Below the pieces are notes generated by a model. The model saw only the letters and a program-made list of their open reading frames with translations. It did no database searches and had not been told where the DNA came from. Positions 21,793 to 34,054 of a stretch of DNA of 36,326 bases are shown here, one piece after another. The position numbers and the translations under genes are program-made. The DNA comes from Pelomyxa schiedti (taxonomy: Eukaryota > Protista > Evosea), in contig JAHLWZ010000967.1 in the NCBI GenBank assembly GCA_020536535.1, forward strand, positions 1 through 36,326, given 5' to 3'. Positions within the stretch are counted from its first letter, which is position 1, and each line of letters opens with the position of its first letter.

Positions 21793-24421
21793 ATGAGGCC
21801 CAAGCGCGAAAAATGGGACACGTACGACGACGAAACGGCAGGGGAAGAACCCTCAAAAGATAAAGAGGAAAGACAAGTAAAGATTGTGTATGGGGACAGT
21901 AGGTGGGCTTACGCCTTGTTGGCTGTTTTGCCTGTTTTCGGGCAGACACTGTACAGTGCGTAGTGGTTTCTTGCATTCCAAAGAAAGTTTTTTTTTTTCT
22001 AATTTTTCTTAGTTTTTTCACTTCGTGGAGGAAGCCCCGATGACGATCCGGTGTGCGTTCTTTTTGCACCCTGTCACTGAAATTTCCTTAGTCTTTTTTA
22101 GGAAGACTGGGTCCAAAGCAATTTGCCTCAGCTGTTTCTATTCGTGGTTCTGTCATCTCTCACCTTTGTGTTTGGCATGATGGGTTCCCTGTTCATTTCC
22201 TCGAAAAAAGTCTCTGCACTTCTCGTGCTTTGGTATTTGTTCTGCCTGGGAACAATAATGGGGTTGTCCAATCACGAGTCAACTATCCAGGTCAGTGCAC
22301 AGGGGAAGAAAGCTTAATCTAACTCTTGAAGAGCCACGGAGCCTATAATGCAGTTGCGTTTTTATGTTTAGCTATTCCTGAGGGTGCAACAGCTATACTT
22401 GTCCGTTTACTCATAACTCATGAGCTCAAATTCCGGTAGGGTTGCTATAGAAAGACTCTACTAAACACTTTTAGATGCCCAAAAACATCGTTTGTCGCGC
22501 TTTGCCTTGTATTCATATTGTCTGTAATTATTACCTCACATAGCCGTGATGACTGGGATAGGGGGTTATTTGATGCTTCACTTCAACGAAAGCATGTAAT
22601 TTCTTCTTTGTTTATTTCTATTCCCAAAAAACCTCAAGATAGGCGTGCTCAATACATACACCAGTAGTTTCTTGGTAATTAACACACTTCCTTCTTTGTT
22701 TCCTGATTTTTATTTTAGGGATAGAATTTGGGAGGTTTGTTATTGTGTATCTGGCAACTTGGCAGGAATTAAATCAAACAAAGGACAGTGTGGTGAAGGC
22801 ATACTCAATGTGGTCATGGAGATCGTGCGAAGAGCAACCAATCATTGCCACATTAAATTATAGTTCTCAGCTTTTAACCATTCATTGTCCAACCGACTTT
22901 CATGGAGATGCAAAATACTCACTACTCCCTGTGGTTGAAGGGCAACTGGGATCACGTATGATCTCTTGGGCAACCCCAAAGATTGTGTGGCAAACACACT
23001 ATGGTGGCGTGATCAACATGAGAAAATATGATAGCATTGTGGTGCAATGTGGGTCATACAGAAACTTAGTATTGAACGTTCCACGCAATAAAAAGGCTGT
23101 AGCAAGAGTGCAAAGCCATAACTCATCTGCTCAGAGAGATTTTTATGCACAACTGGAAGAAAACCAGAAGACTGCGCACACCACATACCAAGTAAAGCAC
23201 AATGCGCCCAAGCCTCCCAGTCGACACCCTGTCCTTTCTTCCCAGTATGTACCGCGCTCAACCAAGCTTAAAGTGCCGAACATATTGGTTATATATTTGG
23301 ATTCCATTTCCAGAAACTCGTTGATCCGAAAATTCCCCCATACAATGAGATTTTTCGAGCAAGTGAGAAACAATGCCACAAATAACCTTGGGGGCCCATC
23401 TGTTGCAGATGCGTTCCAATTCCTGAGATACCACAGTATTGGACGCACAACGCGCCACAACGCTAGAGCAATGTTCACTGGGGATCCCTATGAATCGCAA
23501 TTAATGACAATCTGGGAAATTCTTCAAGATGATTACGTCACTGGAATCATAGATAACACCTGTGCTGAATGGAGTGCAAAGTGTGTTTCACAAATTTATT
23601 CTGCTGCCTCTCCCCATGAAGTAGGTACCTCGAGGGAAGATCTGCTATCGCTGATCACAGGCTCAGTGCAATCTGGTGCTTACCTGAATATGCTGGATTG
23701 CGGGGGGAGTCGTTTGACTTGTTCACTGGACCTTGGAGCTTGCAGAGGCGATGCCTGGTTGGAGAGCAAGTACATAATAGAGTTTTTGAGTATATCAACC
23801 TGTTCAGAAAGACTTACGTTGATGTTCCATCCTTTTTGCTTGTCAAGGTGCTCTCTTAAATCTCACTTCACATTACTAACATGGCACCAGTTCACGGAGG
23901 GACATGAACCAAGTGGATCTGTGATTGGTATGATTGACAAACCGCTGAGTCAACTTCTACAAACTGTGGACCTTAACTCGACTGCTGTCATACTTTTATC
24001 TGATCATGGCCTCCACATGGGAATTCTCTGGAGTCTTGGGCTTTCCTCCTCAATTCTTGAGAACAAGTTACCAGGATGGTTCATGCTACTGCCCAAATGG
24101 TGGACGGAAGGACGAAATTCGGCAGATGGCATATTCCTACAGTACGAAAATAGTCTTATTGTGAGTACAAGTTTCACTTCTTTTACAGGGAAAATGAACA
24201 GGCACTAGTTACTCCCTTCAGTATTCTATTCTTCTCCAAACTGAGTGTGGCATTTTAAATTAACAACCACGACAGACATTTTTGGAACGCTCCTTGATTT
24301 GGCCGGCCGAGACCCACCACCGCGTTGCTCGTCCTATTGCCAGAGTGCCATCAGTTACGACTTGCCTGACCGCAACTGTCCCGGTGCAGGGATACCAGAT
24401 AAATTTTGCGGCTGCTCATAA
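21793..24421 (+). CDS. DUF229 family (alkaline phosphatase/sulfatase-like) membrane-anchored protein
   Basis: N-terminal TM helices, then PNILVIYLDSISRNSLIRKFPHT, FQFLRYHSIG, FTEGHE, TAVILLSDHGLH, LENKLP, LVTPFDIFGTL, RNCPGAGIPDKFCGC*. Start rebuilt through three short introns. Confidence 0.8.
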
Positions 24422-24542
24422 ACTCCGAAAAATGAAGGGGCACAATAAGTAAAAGTAGCCATTTAGCCAAATTTTCGAAACGAAATCATTTTTTCGAAAA
24501 AAAAAAAACCCAAAGTGATAGGTGATAGTGCCCCTCGAGTCC

Positions 24543-26296
24543 ATGCAACAACAAGAAGCCCTGGGAACGCCACCAGTGTTCGTAAGTGGGGAAGAAAACA
24601 TACGAGAGGCGGTGGAGAATTTTCCGCAGCCGCCTGCTTTCACTCCAGCTAGAATCCGCCTCAACTTGGTGACTGGGGATGTGCGTGAGTATGCACTAAG
24701 GGAAGGCTTACATTACGAGGAGCACCTCGTGGTAACGGCTGACGGGCACGTGCTGGTTGTTCACAGGGTTTCGAAGCAACCAGTGGAGAAGAGGGGCTGC
24801 GAGATACCAGTGCTATGTGTTCATGGACTACTGCAGAGAGCCGGTGAGAAGCTCTTTCTTTACTAGTTAAAAATAAGTTACTTGTACTTTAGCATTTATG
24901 GTATTATCAGAGCAGCTAACTTACTTGAAAAGGTGTCTTTATTGCCGGCGGGAAAAGGAGCCTTGCGGTCTATCTGGCTGGAAAAGGATTTGATGTGTGG
25001 ATGGCAAATAGCAGAGGCGTTTTTCCTTATCATGTGAATCTAAGGTGAAACCATGCAACCTTCTTTCTGTATTAATCTCCCAAAGCCCTGATCAGAGAAA
25101 ATATTGGGATTGGGGACTTGATGAGCTTGGACACTTTGATATCCCAGCTGTCATTTCGTATATCAAGAGTGCTACAAATAAGAAGATAGTCTACATTGGG
25201 CACTCCCAGGGTAAGAAACTTAACTTGAATATGTCCTCATGACGAGATTAGGTGCTGGACAAGCATTCATAGCCTTAGAAGATTTTCCTCATCTCAATAG
25301 TGATATTGCACTTCTTGTTGGTCTCGCTCCTGCTTTTTTCGTTCACCAGCCCCCACCGCCTCATGGATGGTTCATACGAGACGTGTTGATGAAGATGTCA
25401 GAGAAGAACCTTCATAAATTCTTTGGAGAGAAAGGGTTCTTGCGCCCAATGCTTCAAGTATGAATTCCTATATGATTGAGTAATACGCACTAAATTTATT
25501 GAAAATCCTTAAAATGAAAGGAGGGAATCATAACCTACTACATTAGGTTCAAAAGCACACTCCTTCCAAGATGTTTAGTTTCCTTGGGTATCGAGCTTTC
25601 AGGTACCTCTTTGGGTGGGATGATTCTATCTGGGAGCCAGGTTGCCGGGACTCATACTTCCAATTCACTCCAGCCCAAACGTCCACGAAGCTCGTGGCAC
25701 ACTGGATGCACAACATGAAGATAGGGAGAATTGTACGCCACAGGTCAGGCCTTGTTCCCCTCTCGGATCCTTCAGCCCACGTACCGCTTCTATCAGTCTC
25801 ATCCCCATTGCCATCATCATCATCAAAAATAGTAACACCATGGGCCCCACGTGAATCCCATGCAGAATTGCAACCTCATCACAAGTTAGGCCGTACCAAT
25901 AAATCCACATCCAAGGTCAAATGTCTCAATGGTGAGGATCATGACGACCGAAATGAAAATGAGAACCACGGCAGAGAAGAACATGAACCCAAACATGAAG
26001 CTGTGCATGCAGCCGAATACGAGGGCGAAGAAGGCGAGCTCATTGTGGGACTGGAGAAAGTTGACTGCCCAGTTGCAATATTCCACGCCATGGGAGACAC
26101 GGTGGCCAACGGGGACAGGCTCGCCAGCGAGTTGATGGTAAACAGGAGGAACAAAGCGAGTGGGGGAGCCGCTGGCGCGGTTGTGCATTATGGGTCCTTG
26201 CCGGGGTACGGCCACATGGACGTTCTGTGGGCCCACGACGCCACCACTGTAGTTTTCGAACCAATTGTGGGACTCATAAGGAGGTTCTACAACTAG
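24543..26296 (+). CDS. Acid lipase / steryl ester hydrolase family (Abhydro_lipase + AB hydrolase)
   Basis: YEEHLVVTADGHVLVVHRV, PVLCVHGLLQ, GFDVWMANSRG, YWDWGLDELGHFDIPAVI, YIGHSQG (catalytic Ser), YGHMDVLWA (catalytic His). Confidence 0.9.
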
Positions 26297-26530
26297 GGCA
26301 ACATCACAATCAGAGAAAAAAACAAAAGAAAAATCCCTACGTTTCCAGTCAAAATGTCAAGTTTTTTCCAGACAAAAGGAACAACGACAAACTTTTTTGA
26401 CGGTTTTTGACCCCTGGTGACCTGTCATGGTGTCAGCACGGCAAAACACAACGACAGATAAATTAACGTCGACCACACACAACCGGGGTGGCAAATAAAG
26501 AAAAGAATACACAAGACACTGTTGTAAACA

Positions 26531-28079
26531 ATGAAAGAGGGTAGTGAGTGTAAGGAATTGAGTGCCAGATGGGCAACTCTTGCAATGTACAGCGCTGCGA
26601 GCTTTACATCAGCTGCACTGCAGAATACTTATGTGGCTATAATGTATGCCTCGGCTGATTACTACCAGACAACTCCTTTTGTTATCACTCTCACAATGCT
26701 GGTAAGCTGAATTGTTTTGCTTTGCTTTGCTTGCACCTTTATTTACTTCTCACAATCAGGTGGCCTTTATCGCATATGCTGTATTTACTGGGATAGGAGG
26801 GTTCATATGCGAAAGGACAAGCCTGAGGGTATCAGTTTTGATTGGAAGTATTGGAGTAGCCATTGCTTCATTGCTTCGATTCATAGCGGCATTTTCACCC
26901 TCCCTTCTGTGGTTAGTGATGGTGGGACAAAGTGTGCTTGGGGCCGCAATGCCCTTGGTTACTTTCAGCACTCTGACGCAGATGACATCACAGTGGTTCC
27001 CGCCAACCCAGAGGTCTGTTGCCGATGCAATCGCATTTTTGTCAAACGTGCTTGGCTCTGGAGTTGTTTACTTGATTGCGCCGGCTGTTGTCACAGAATC
27101 TGACCGGACGTCAATGGTGATTCTGATGGTTGGAGAGGCTATATTTTCTTGTATTGTGGCTTTGATTGTTCTCCTTTTCTTCCGGAGTAAACCTGAAAGA
27201 GCCCCCTCACTATCCCAAGCAATGAAGTACAAACTCGTAGCTTCTCCAGTTACTGAGCCACTATTACCTTCAGTAAGTGAGACAGACCCCGGACTGCAAA
27301 AGAACGACGACTATCCCATCAACAAGAATGCGAGCACCAACGGAGCACCATCGCGATCACTTTCAGCTTCAATCAAGGAATACCTCCACAACATCCTCGC
27401 GTGCCTCAAAGAAGTTCACTTCCTGATCGTTCTCGTCGGCTACTCCTTCGGATTCGGCCTGCTCGCGGCCCTAGCCACAGTAATAGACGAGATAATGACG
27501 CCGCTGGGATACGACGCGGACGAGTGCGGGTACGCCGGGCTGATAATCATGTTCGGCGGGTTCATGGGCTCGCTGGCCTCCGGGGCCGCGCTGGACGCGA
27601 CCCACCGCCCCGTGCTCCTGCTGCGCCTCCTGATGCTGGCCATCGTCCCCTCGGTCGTGTACGTGACCGTCTCGCTGACCTACGGGGCCGAGGGGGGCAG
27701 CGGGGGGCTGGGCCTGGGCAACATCCTGGCGTCGCTGGGGATCCACTCGCTGTGCGTCTTCGCGCTGGTGCCGGTGGTGCTCGAGTCCGCGGTGGAGGTC
27801 ACCTACCCGGTGCCCGAGACCACCTCGGGCAGCGTGATCAACATCGGGGGCTCCGGCATGGCCGCGGTGCTGGTCGTGGCCATGGGGGCGCTGCGGGACC
27901 CGCAGGAGCCCCACCTCATGTCCAACGGGGTGTATCTGTGGGCCGGGTGCTGGGTTCTCTGCGCAGTGGTGACTTGGTTTTTCAACGGGGAGCTCAAGAG
28001 GCTGGCAGTGGAGAGGGGCGCCACGTCGACGATTGGCGCCACGCAACCGGCAGTGGTTCCGGCTGAAAGGGTCGTTTGA
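26531..28079 (+). CDS. MFS transporter, FLVCR/SLC49-like
   Basis: Two exons, about 12 TM segments. Motifs VMVGQSVLGAAMP, SQWFPPTQRSVA, FFRSKPERAPSLSQ, ESAVEVTYPVPETTS. Confidence 0.88.
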
Positions 28080-28166
28080 TGTGTGTGTTGAGAAGAGAAC
28101 GAAAAAAAACAATTTTGAAAGTTCCTCGAACTTGGTTTCGGCAGGCGACGCCTTTTCGTGTGTTTG

Positions 28167-29100
28167 TCAGCGGTTGCATTGGGGGCAGCTCATAGTGTAG
28201 CTCAGACAATTGAAGCACAGACACCTGTGCCCACAGAGCACAAATGTCACGGATGCCGGGTACTTGTGGCACCTCCTGTGGTTGTGTGTCAAGTGAGATT
28301 TCCTTACATGGAGTGGAATTTGGTTCACTTACAGACAGGTGGCACTCGTGGCCGTTGTGCAGGCAGTGTGGGGTTGGGCTGGTGCCTCTTTGGGGGGTGT
28401 CATTTCTGTTGGTTTGGAAGCTCGTGCCGTTTCGGTGGACGTCGTCGAAGTTGTTCCAGGAACATTTCCCTGCCGACACTGTATTTCCTGTGATTTAGTA
28501 AACGTCTTCCAAGTACTGGAATACTTGTGGTTGCTGATGCATCGGTGGTGGCATTGCCACACCAAGTTTCGGCAAATTGGAACTCAAGAAGGCTTCTTGT
28601 GATTGCATTATGTTCAGTGCCTGCAATGAATGAGGTGGAACCGCCGGTGCTTGTGCCAGCACTTGTTGTGGTGTTGTAATAGGCGGTGATTGAGGTAATT
28701 GTGAGAGGACTGGCAATGGGATTTGAGGATGTTGCTGTGCCGGCAGATGGTGCTTCTGTGGAATTTGCGATTGCACTTGCGTCATTTGTGAAAGTGGTGT
28801 CTGTGGTACCAGTGGTCTTTGGTTTGACGAAGCAATTGGAGGTGGAAGTGGAATTAGTTGCATTGGTGGCGCTGAGGTGAGTGCCGTTCGTGGTTGCCTC
28901 AGTGGTTGCATCAGGGGGCGCAGAAATTGTGCTTCAGGTTGCTGCATAAGCCCCCCAAAAAATACGTCCAAGGCATTGGCTGTTTCGGCTGGCATTTGGA
29001 ACCTGGAGCCCTGAGGAGCCTGACAGTGCTGTTGCTGTTGCTGCTGTTGTTGTTGTGCACTGTTCTCTGGTTGCTTACTCGGCTGCTTGTTGTGGTGCAT
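28167..29100 (-). CDS. Gln/Pro-rich protein with C-terminal RING finger (C3HC4_3 type), 3 exons
   Basis: Removing two GT-AG introns (second 28276-28332) gives ...QQPQ|EIQCRQ...ATCL|RCHKYPASVTFVLCGHRCLCFNCLSYTMSCPQCNR*. The RING exon is not shown in this frame in the ORF track. Confidence 0.8.
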
Positions 29101-29986
29101 CGTCTCGAGCCAACTGAAAAATTACTAAATTTTTCAATTTGCAACTGTGACTAACACCTCTGACCACTTGTCCACCAAGCGTGGGTGAAATTTGCCTTGC
29201 ACTGTTGGCATTGCCACCTTGACAGTTGAAAAATGGCTCGTTCGAATTGTGTTTCAACACACACCATACCCCAACAAAGTCCCGTACCAAACTCAAAACA
29301 AAGTCCAGGCAACAAAAGCTATTACTTCAATTTTTCAACGGTAGTGGTGGTAATGTGAAGATCACCACATAAGAAATCGAGTCCTCATGCAGAGCTACAT
29401 CAACGAAAAGCAATACGGGCACCACAGCTAAAAGGGGTCAGAAAAAAAACGGAATCAAAGGCAAACAGGATACAGGATATGTGAAGTCATCTTTCTAATA
29501 CTGAGTGTAGCCACATAGGCGCAGGCAAGTACAACTCTTGTAGTAAAACTCTTCCAGAAATTGAAAGTTCATTGACATCGGAAATGGTAAGTTTGAAGGA
29601 CGAAATTGAGAAATACTGTGTGAGAACTGGAACTCCAAAACCAAATGGGTTAAGAGGTAGTAATATCTGCTGGGCTTTGTTAGCTAACAAGTCTCAAATC
29701 GTGGAATAAATACCTTGGAGAAATTCCGCCTTGGTATAAATAAACAAACAGTGAGTGTATGCGAGATAGTGGGAGTAAAAGAGTTAGAGTTAGAGGGGTT
29801 TAAGAGTAAGGCGCCAAATGGTATTCATATCCATATCCCCATATCCATCTCCCATGAGTATAGGCATATATTTCCAAAGGGGTCCTCTCCTACCTGCTTG
29901 CAAGGGGAGTGGTGCCATTGTATTAATTCAAAACTATATATTTATTGGGGTGTCGGGGAGTGGTTGGGTGGGCTGAAAATGCCAAG

Positions 29987-30038
29987 AAAAAGGGGCTAAA
30001 AGGGGTTAAAGGGGGGTTAAAGGGGGTTAAAAGGGGTC
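29987..30038 (+). repeat. Telomere-like (TTAAAGGGG)-type G-tract array
   Basis: AAAAAGGGGCTAAAAGGGGTTAAAGGGGGGTTAAAGGGGGTTAAAAGGGGTC: five runs of 4-6 G. Confidence 0.8.
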
Positions 30039-30148
30039 AGAAAAAAAACGGAATCAAAGGCAAACAGGATACAGGATATGTGAAGTCATCTTTCTAATAC
30101 TGAGTGTAGCCACATAGGCGCAGGCAAGTACAACTCTTGTAGTAAAAC

Positions 30149-30248
30149 NNNNNNNNNNNNNNNNNNNNNNNNNNNNNNNNNNNNNNNNNNNNNNNNNNNN
30201 NNNNNNNNNNNNNNNNNNNNNNNNNNNNNNNNNNNNNNNNNNNNNNNN
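30149..30248. other. Assembly gap (100 N)
   Basis: Run of N; the first repeat copy has 178 bp at the equivalent position. Confidence 0.99.
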
Positions 30249-31910
30249 GCCTTGGTATAAATAAACAAACAGTGAGTGTATGCGAGATAGTGGGAGTAAA
30301 AGAGTTAGAGTTAGAGGGGTTTAAGAGTAAGGCGCCAAATGGTATTCATATCCATATCCCCATATCCATATGCAAAGTTCATAACCAAAAAAGAAAAAAG
30401 AACGAGACTATGATGTGGAAAGGAGTCAACCGTGATACGTGTGTACTGTACGATGGAGAGTCGGTCACTCGTAATCGAAGAGTGAAAGCGAACACGAAGA
30501 GAAGGTTGTGAAGTCGATGTTGAACTGCGGCCGTAACGGTGGTCATAGCCGTAGATCCACTGACGTTTATTGTTCGGTTTCGGTTATTGTGGTGCTATCC
30601 AACTTGGTGATTTTAAAAAAAAAAAGAAAAAAAAGAACGCTGTTTATTGTTGTGGTTGTTACTCGTGTACTCGAAACAACGACAGTGACGTGTCGATGTA
30701 TTGGTGGTTACGGCTGCAGTGGCCGGTGCCGAGCGTAGCATGTTGGTTTTTGAATAATTTGTGGCTTTAGATCTTCCGAAGAAGAAATCGTCTGGGGTTT
30801 TAAGCCTTTATTTTATATTACGCAAAGCAATTGTGAATTTATGAGATGAGAGATTGTTACCTCTTTGTGGATCTGAGGGACACAGTCAATACTTGCGTGT
30901 GCCTAGAAGTTGTGCTACGCCACAGAGTACTGCGTTGACATCTTGGCTGAGAGGTATTTTTGGATTAGTGATAACAGATTCCGTAAATGTTAAATACCCT
31001 GAAAAGAGCAAGGCGGTGCAGTTTCCTTCGTTGTAGCACCCAGTTGTACATGTGTCACGGTTTTTTTTTGCCATAGAGTGCTTGTGAAGCCGTTGTGGGT
31101 TTCTCATCACTCATACCTCGAGTAAGGAATAAGCAAGCTGTTTCCCACTGTTCTTGTTGTGTTATGTATGTGCAGTAAACGTTGGATGTAATTGTGTGAG
31201 GTTACGACGTGGGAACTTACTTATGAACCAACGAGGCACCGCGAACTTGTTCCAAGTAATGTACCCTCTCTCGGAACTCCAACAACTCCATTGCTCACTC
31301 CAGGACATGATTAAGGAAAATGGCTGTGTCTTGTTGTGTCACCGGCAAAAACCCGTAACAACGCATTTTTTTCTTTTTGTAAAAGTCCAGTTTTTCTGGG
31401 GATCCACAAGTGTATTCATTCCAATTGGGAGTGCTGGTTTCGGGGATTCATCTTTTACCAATCCTCTGCTCATAGCTCTCAGAATACAATTAACCCCACA
31501 GGTGTACACACACATTTCCAGGAAATTAAGTGATGATCTTTTGGAGAGTAACCTACACGTGCGGTGGTGTACGTAATCGGCGACAGCAACACAGACAGCA
31601 AATTGCATGATGAAGCGGACTGTCGCATCACAGGTGTCACGTTGTTTGTTGTTTCTTCTTCTTCTTTTTTTTTTTTTTTTTGCCGCGTCGTGGCCACGAA
31701 ATCTCGTTACGAAAAATATGCAGGTAGCGAGATTTGGGCGGAGAGGTGAAGGCAGTGACTGTTGGTAACGACGATGTAAAGAATGCGAGGGGCTGTACAC
31801 TTGCTACATGTTGTTTTGTCTAGTCACTGCTGTGGACTGGATAGGAATATGATCTTCGCTGAAGAAAACCAATAACAAGTGGTGGGGAAATTGCGGCAGC
31901 CGGTACCAAG

Positions 31911-32667
31911 ATGGAGCACACCGGCGTCATTGTCGAGACAACACTCTCGGACTCTAACCTTCGAACTGTTTTGAATTCTTTTGGACTACTAGTGTGCGTT
32001 TACGATACATTTAGTTTCATTTTTCTGCGTCGCGCTTCTTAACTTCGTTTATTGTAGAAGGGACATCAGCCACGTGAAAAATGAGAGACTCGTTATTTTT
32101 GATTCCCCACAAACTCAACAGAGGGCTTTGCAAACGGGTCATATAGACATGACGTCAACAGACTGGATAAAGATACGCCCGACAAACCAGCAAATATCAG
32201 AGATCAACCAAATGGCTAGAACAAGGATTGCAAACAGTCTGGTAAGCAAATCTCTGACAGCAAAGTCTACTTCACAGTCACACCAAGGTAATTACGCACT
32301 TTCTCTCCAAACCCTCAATGTTCTGTCAGGTCACCAGTCTGCACTGTTACAAGCCTCAAAAACACCGCAAACCGCCACCACCGCCAGCGGAAAAAGCACT
32401 GCTTTGCCATTGGGTGCTCCAGTGTCTGCACAACATATTGGAGGTGCACGTTCCAGTACCTTGCATCCGCCTGCAGTCCCCCACCCCAGCACCAGAGAGA
32501 CGCTTGAAATCCTTGAGGGCAATATTGCCACTGAAATTGCAAACGCCAAACGGGAGGAGGCAACCCTGCAGCAGTATAATGTACAAGTTGGTGCCATGAT
32601 CGGCATCATCAACATCATAAACAGTGGATTAAGACAGCGGCAGGATCATCCTCCATCTCATAGTTAA
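31911..32667 (+). CDS. Hypothetical protein with degenerate RRM-like N-terminus and C-terminal coiled-coil, 2 exons
   Basis: ATG 31911 plus one intron joins MEHTGVIVETTLSDSNLRTVLNSFGLLV|RDISHVKNERLVIFDSPQTQQRALQTG...IKIRP to the 32074-32667 ORF. Fold assignment is by pattern only. Confidence 0.6.
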
Positions 32668-32795
32668 CCCCACTGGAAACCACTCCTTCCAAATTCTCTT
32701 GCCAATGTGAATAAAAAAAAAAAGCAAAATCCTAGGCTTTTTTCGAGCTCTGTCTGGTTTGTTTTTGCCTTTGAACAAAAAATTTTTTTGTAATT

Positions 32796-33661
32796 CTAGT
32801 ATTGTTGTGCTTGTGGCAGAGGGTAGCCCATGAGCAAAATCATTTCCATGAGCGCCATGAACAGAGTATTGTGCTGAACAGTAACTTGTTCTTGCCGTTG
32901 CTGCACCTCAGCCTGGGTTTTTTGTAAATGGGCAAATTTGGTGTTGATGCGCATAAGTGCGGCTGTGAGCTCCTCTGGTGTTAACTGAGTCGGAGCAGGT
33001 ATACGGTTTGTGTTGTGCACGGTGTGGCTTTGGACCAGTGGGTGATTGTGGGTTTGAGGGTGCGCAGCAGCTGTATTTTTAGCTGGTGCAATCTTTGCTT
33101 TCTTAGTACAATGTGGAGGTGCTGCACACACAAAATGTTATAACAGAAATGGTACGAGGAGGTACCTTGAGATTCATTTGGCTCCCTCTTTCGGTTCGGA
33201 TTTTCTAATAATATTTAGTAAACAAAAAAACTATTTTTGAGAGCGAGATTACGTTTGTTGGGGTTAAACGGGTCTCTGTCTGTTCGATCAAACCTTGCAA
33301 CTTTAGTTCCAACTTTGATGGCCATCTCCTTGAGCAATTGTTCTTTTTCATCCCAGCTGCTCAGAGTAATAAAGTACACAAAGGAATTACTTGGGAGCAG
33401 TCGGTGTGATACACTATATTTAAAAAAAAACAAAAAAAAGAAGAAAAACAGAAGTAGGTAGTGCACAGAAAATAAGAGGAAAAAGGCAAAATGACTCAAA
33501 ATTTCTTGGGGGAAAAAAAAGAATAAAAAGAAAAAACGGAGCACAAATAGTAAATACATTGTATAACCCTTGGTGGTTAATGCGGAGATTAGTCCCGACA
33601 GAGATCCAGGGTAATGAACGTGCACATCCCTGTAGTTCATATACGACGTGTCGGATGCCAT
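32796..33661 (-). CDS. Hypothetical protein with degenerate RRM-like N-terminus and C-terminal coiled-coil, 4 exons
   Basis: MASDTSYMNYRDVHVHYPGSLSGLISALTTKGYTI|VSHRLLPSNSFVYFITLSSWDEKEQLLKEM...KN|KNPNRKREPNESQ|APPHCTKKAK...; three phase-consistent GT-AG introns. Confidence 0.62.
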
Positions 33662-34054
33662 TTCGTGCGTGATGTCACTTTGGTTTTTTGTTATTTTCAA
33701 GTCAATGATTTCATCTGAGTCTGGAGAAGTCGGATGATCTGGATAGGCACTGGGTAATAAAGGGAGGACCACGCGATTCCACCTTCCCCAGTCGTGTGCG
33801 GACTCCAGTGGGAAAAATGAAAGATCAAACGATTCAACCACGCATGAAGGGAATTCGCTCAACAAGAGCGACCATTTGGCAAACACCAACGCCACGAAAT
33901 AGAATAGAAAAAAGAGGGCGTGTTGTGCATGTGGTTTTTCTTCGCTTTTGGTGACCAGTCAAACATGAACTTCCGCACTGTGGTGATGCCAGTTACCTGA
34001 CAACCCAACGGCTTATCAAATGTAAGGCATTCTTCAAATAAAAAAAAGGGTGAT

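Larger units (their letters stand above)
29429..30369. repeat. Tandem direct duplication of ~420 bp (29429-29848 and 30028-30369; second copy interrupted by N gap)
   Basis: 29429-29549 = 30028-30148 and 29728-29848 = 30249-30369. Confidence 0.93.

Noticed and set aside
3320-29100. Functional cluster of ubiquitin-system genes (CDC16, BTB, RING, F-box-like)
   Set aside because: These are abundant eukaryotic families interspersed with unrelated genes; there is no evidence of co-regulation.
29487-29999. Short ORFs in the duplicated unit as a transposase remnant
   Set aside because: No DDE or RT motifs, terminal inverted repeats or target-site duplication recognised.
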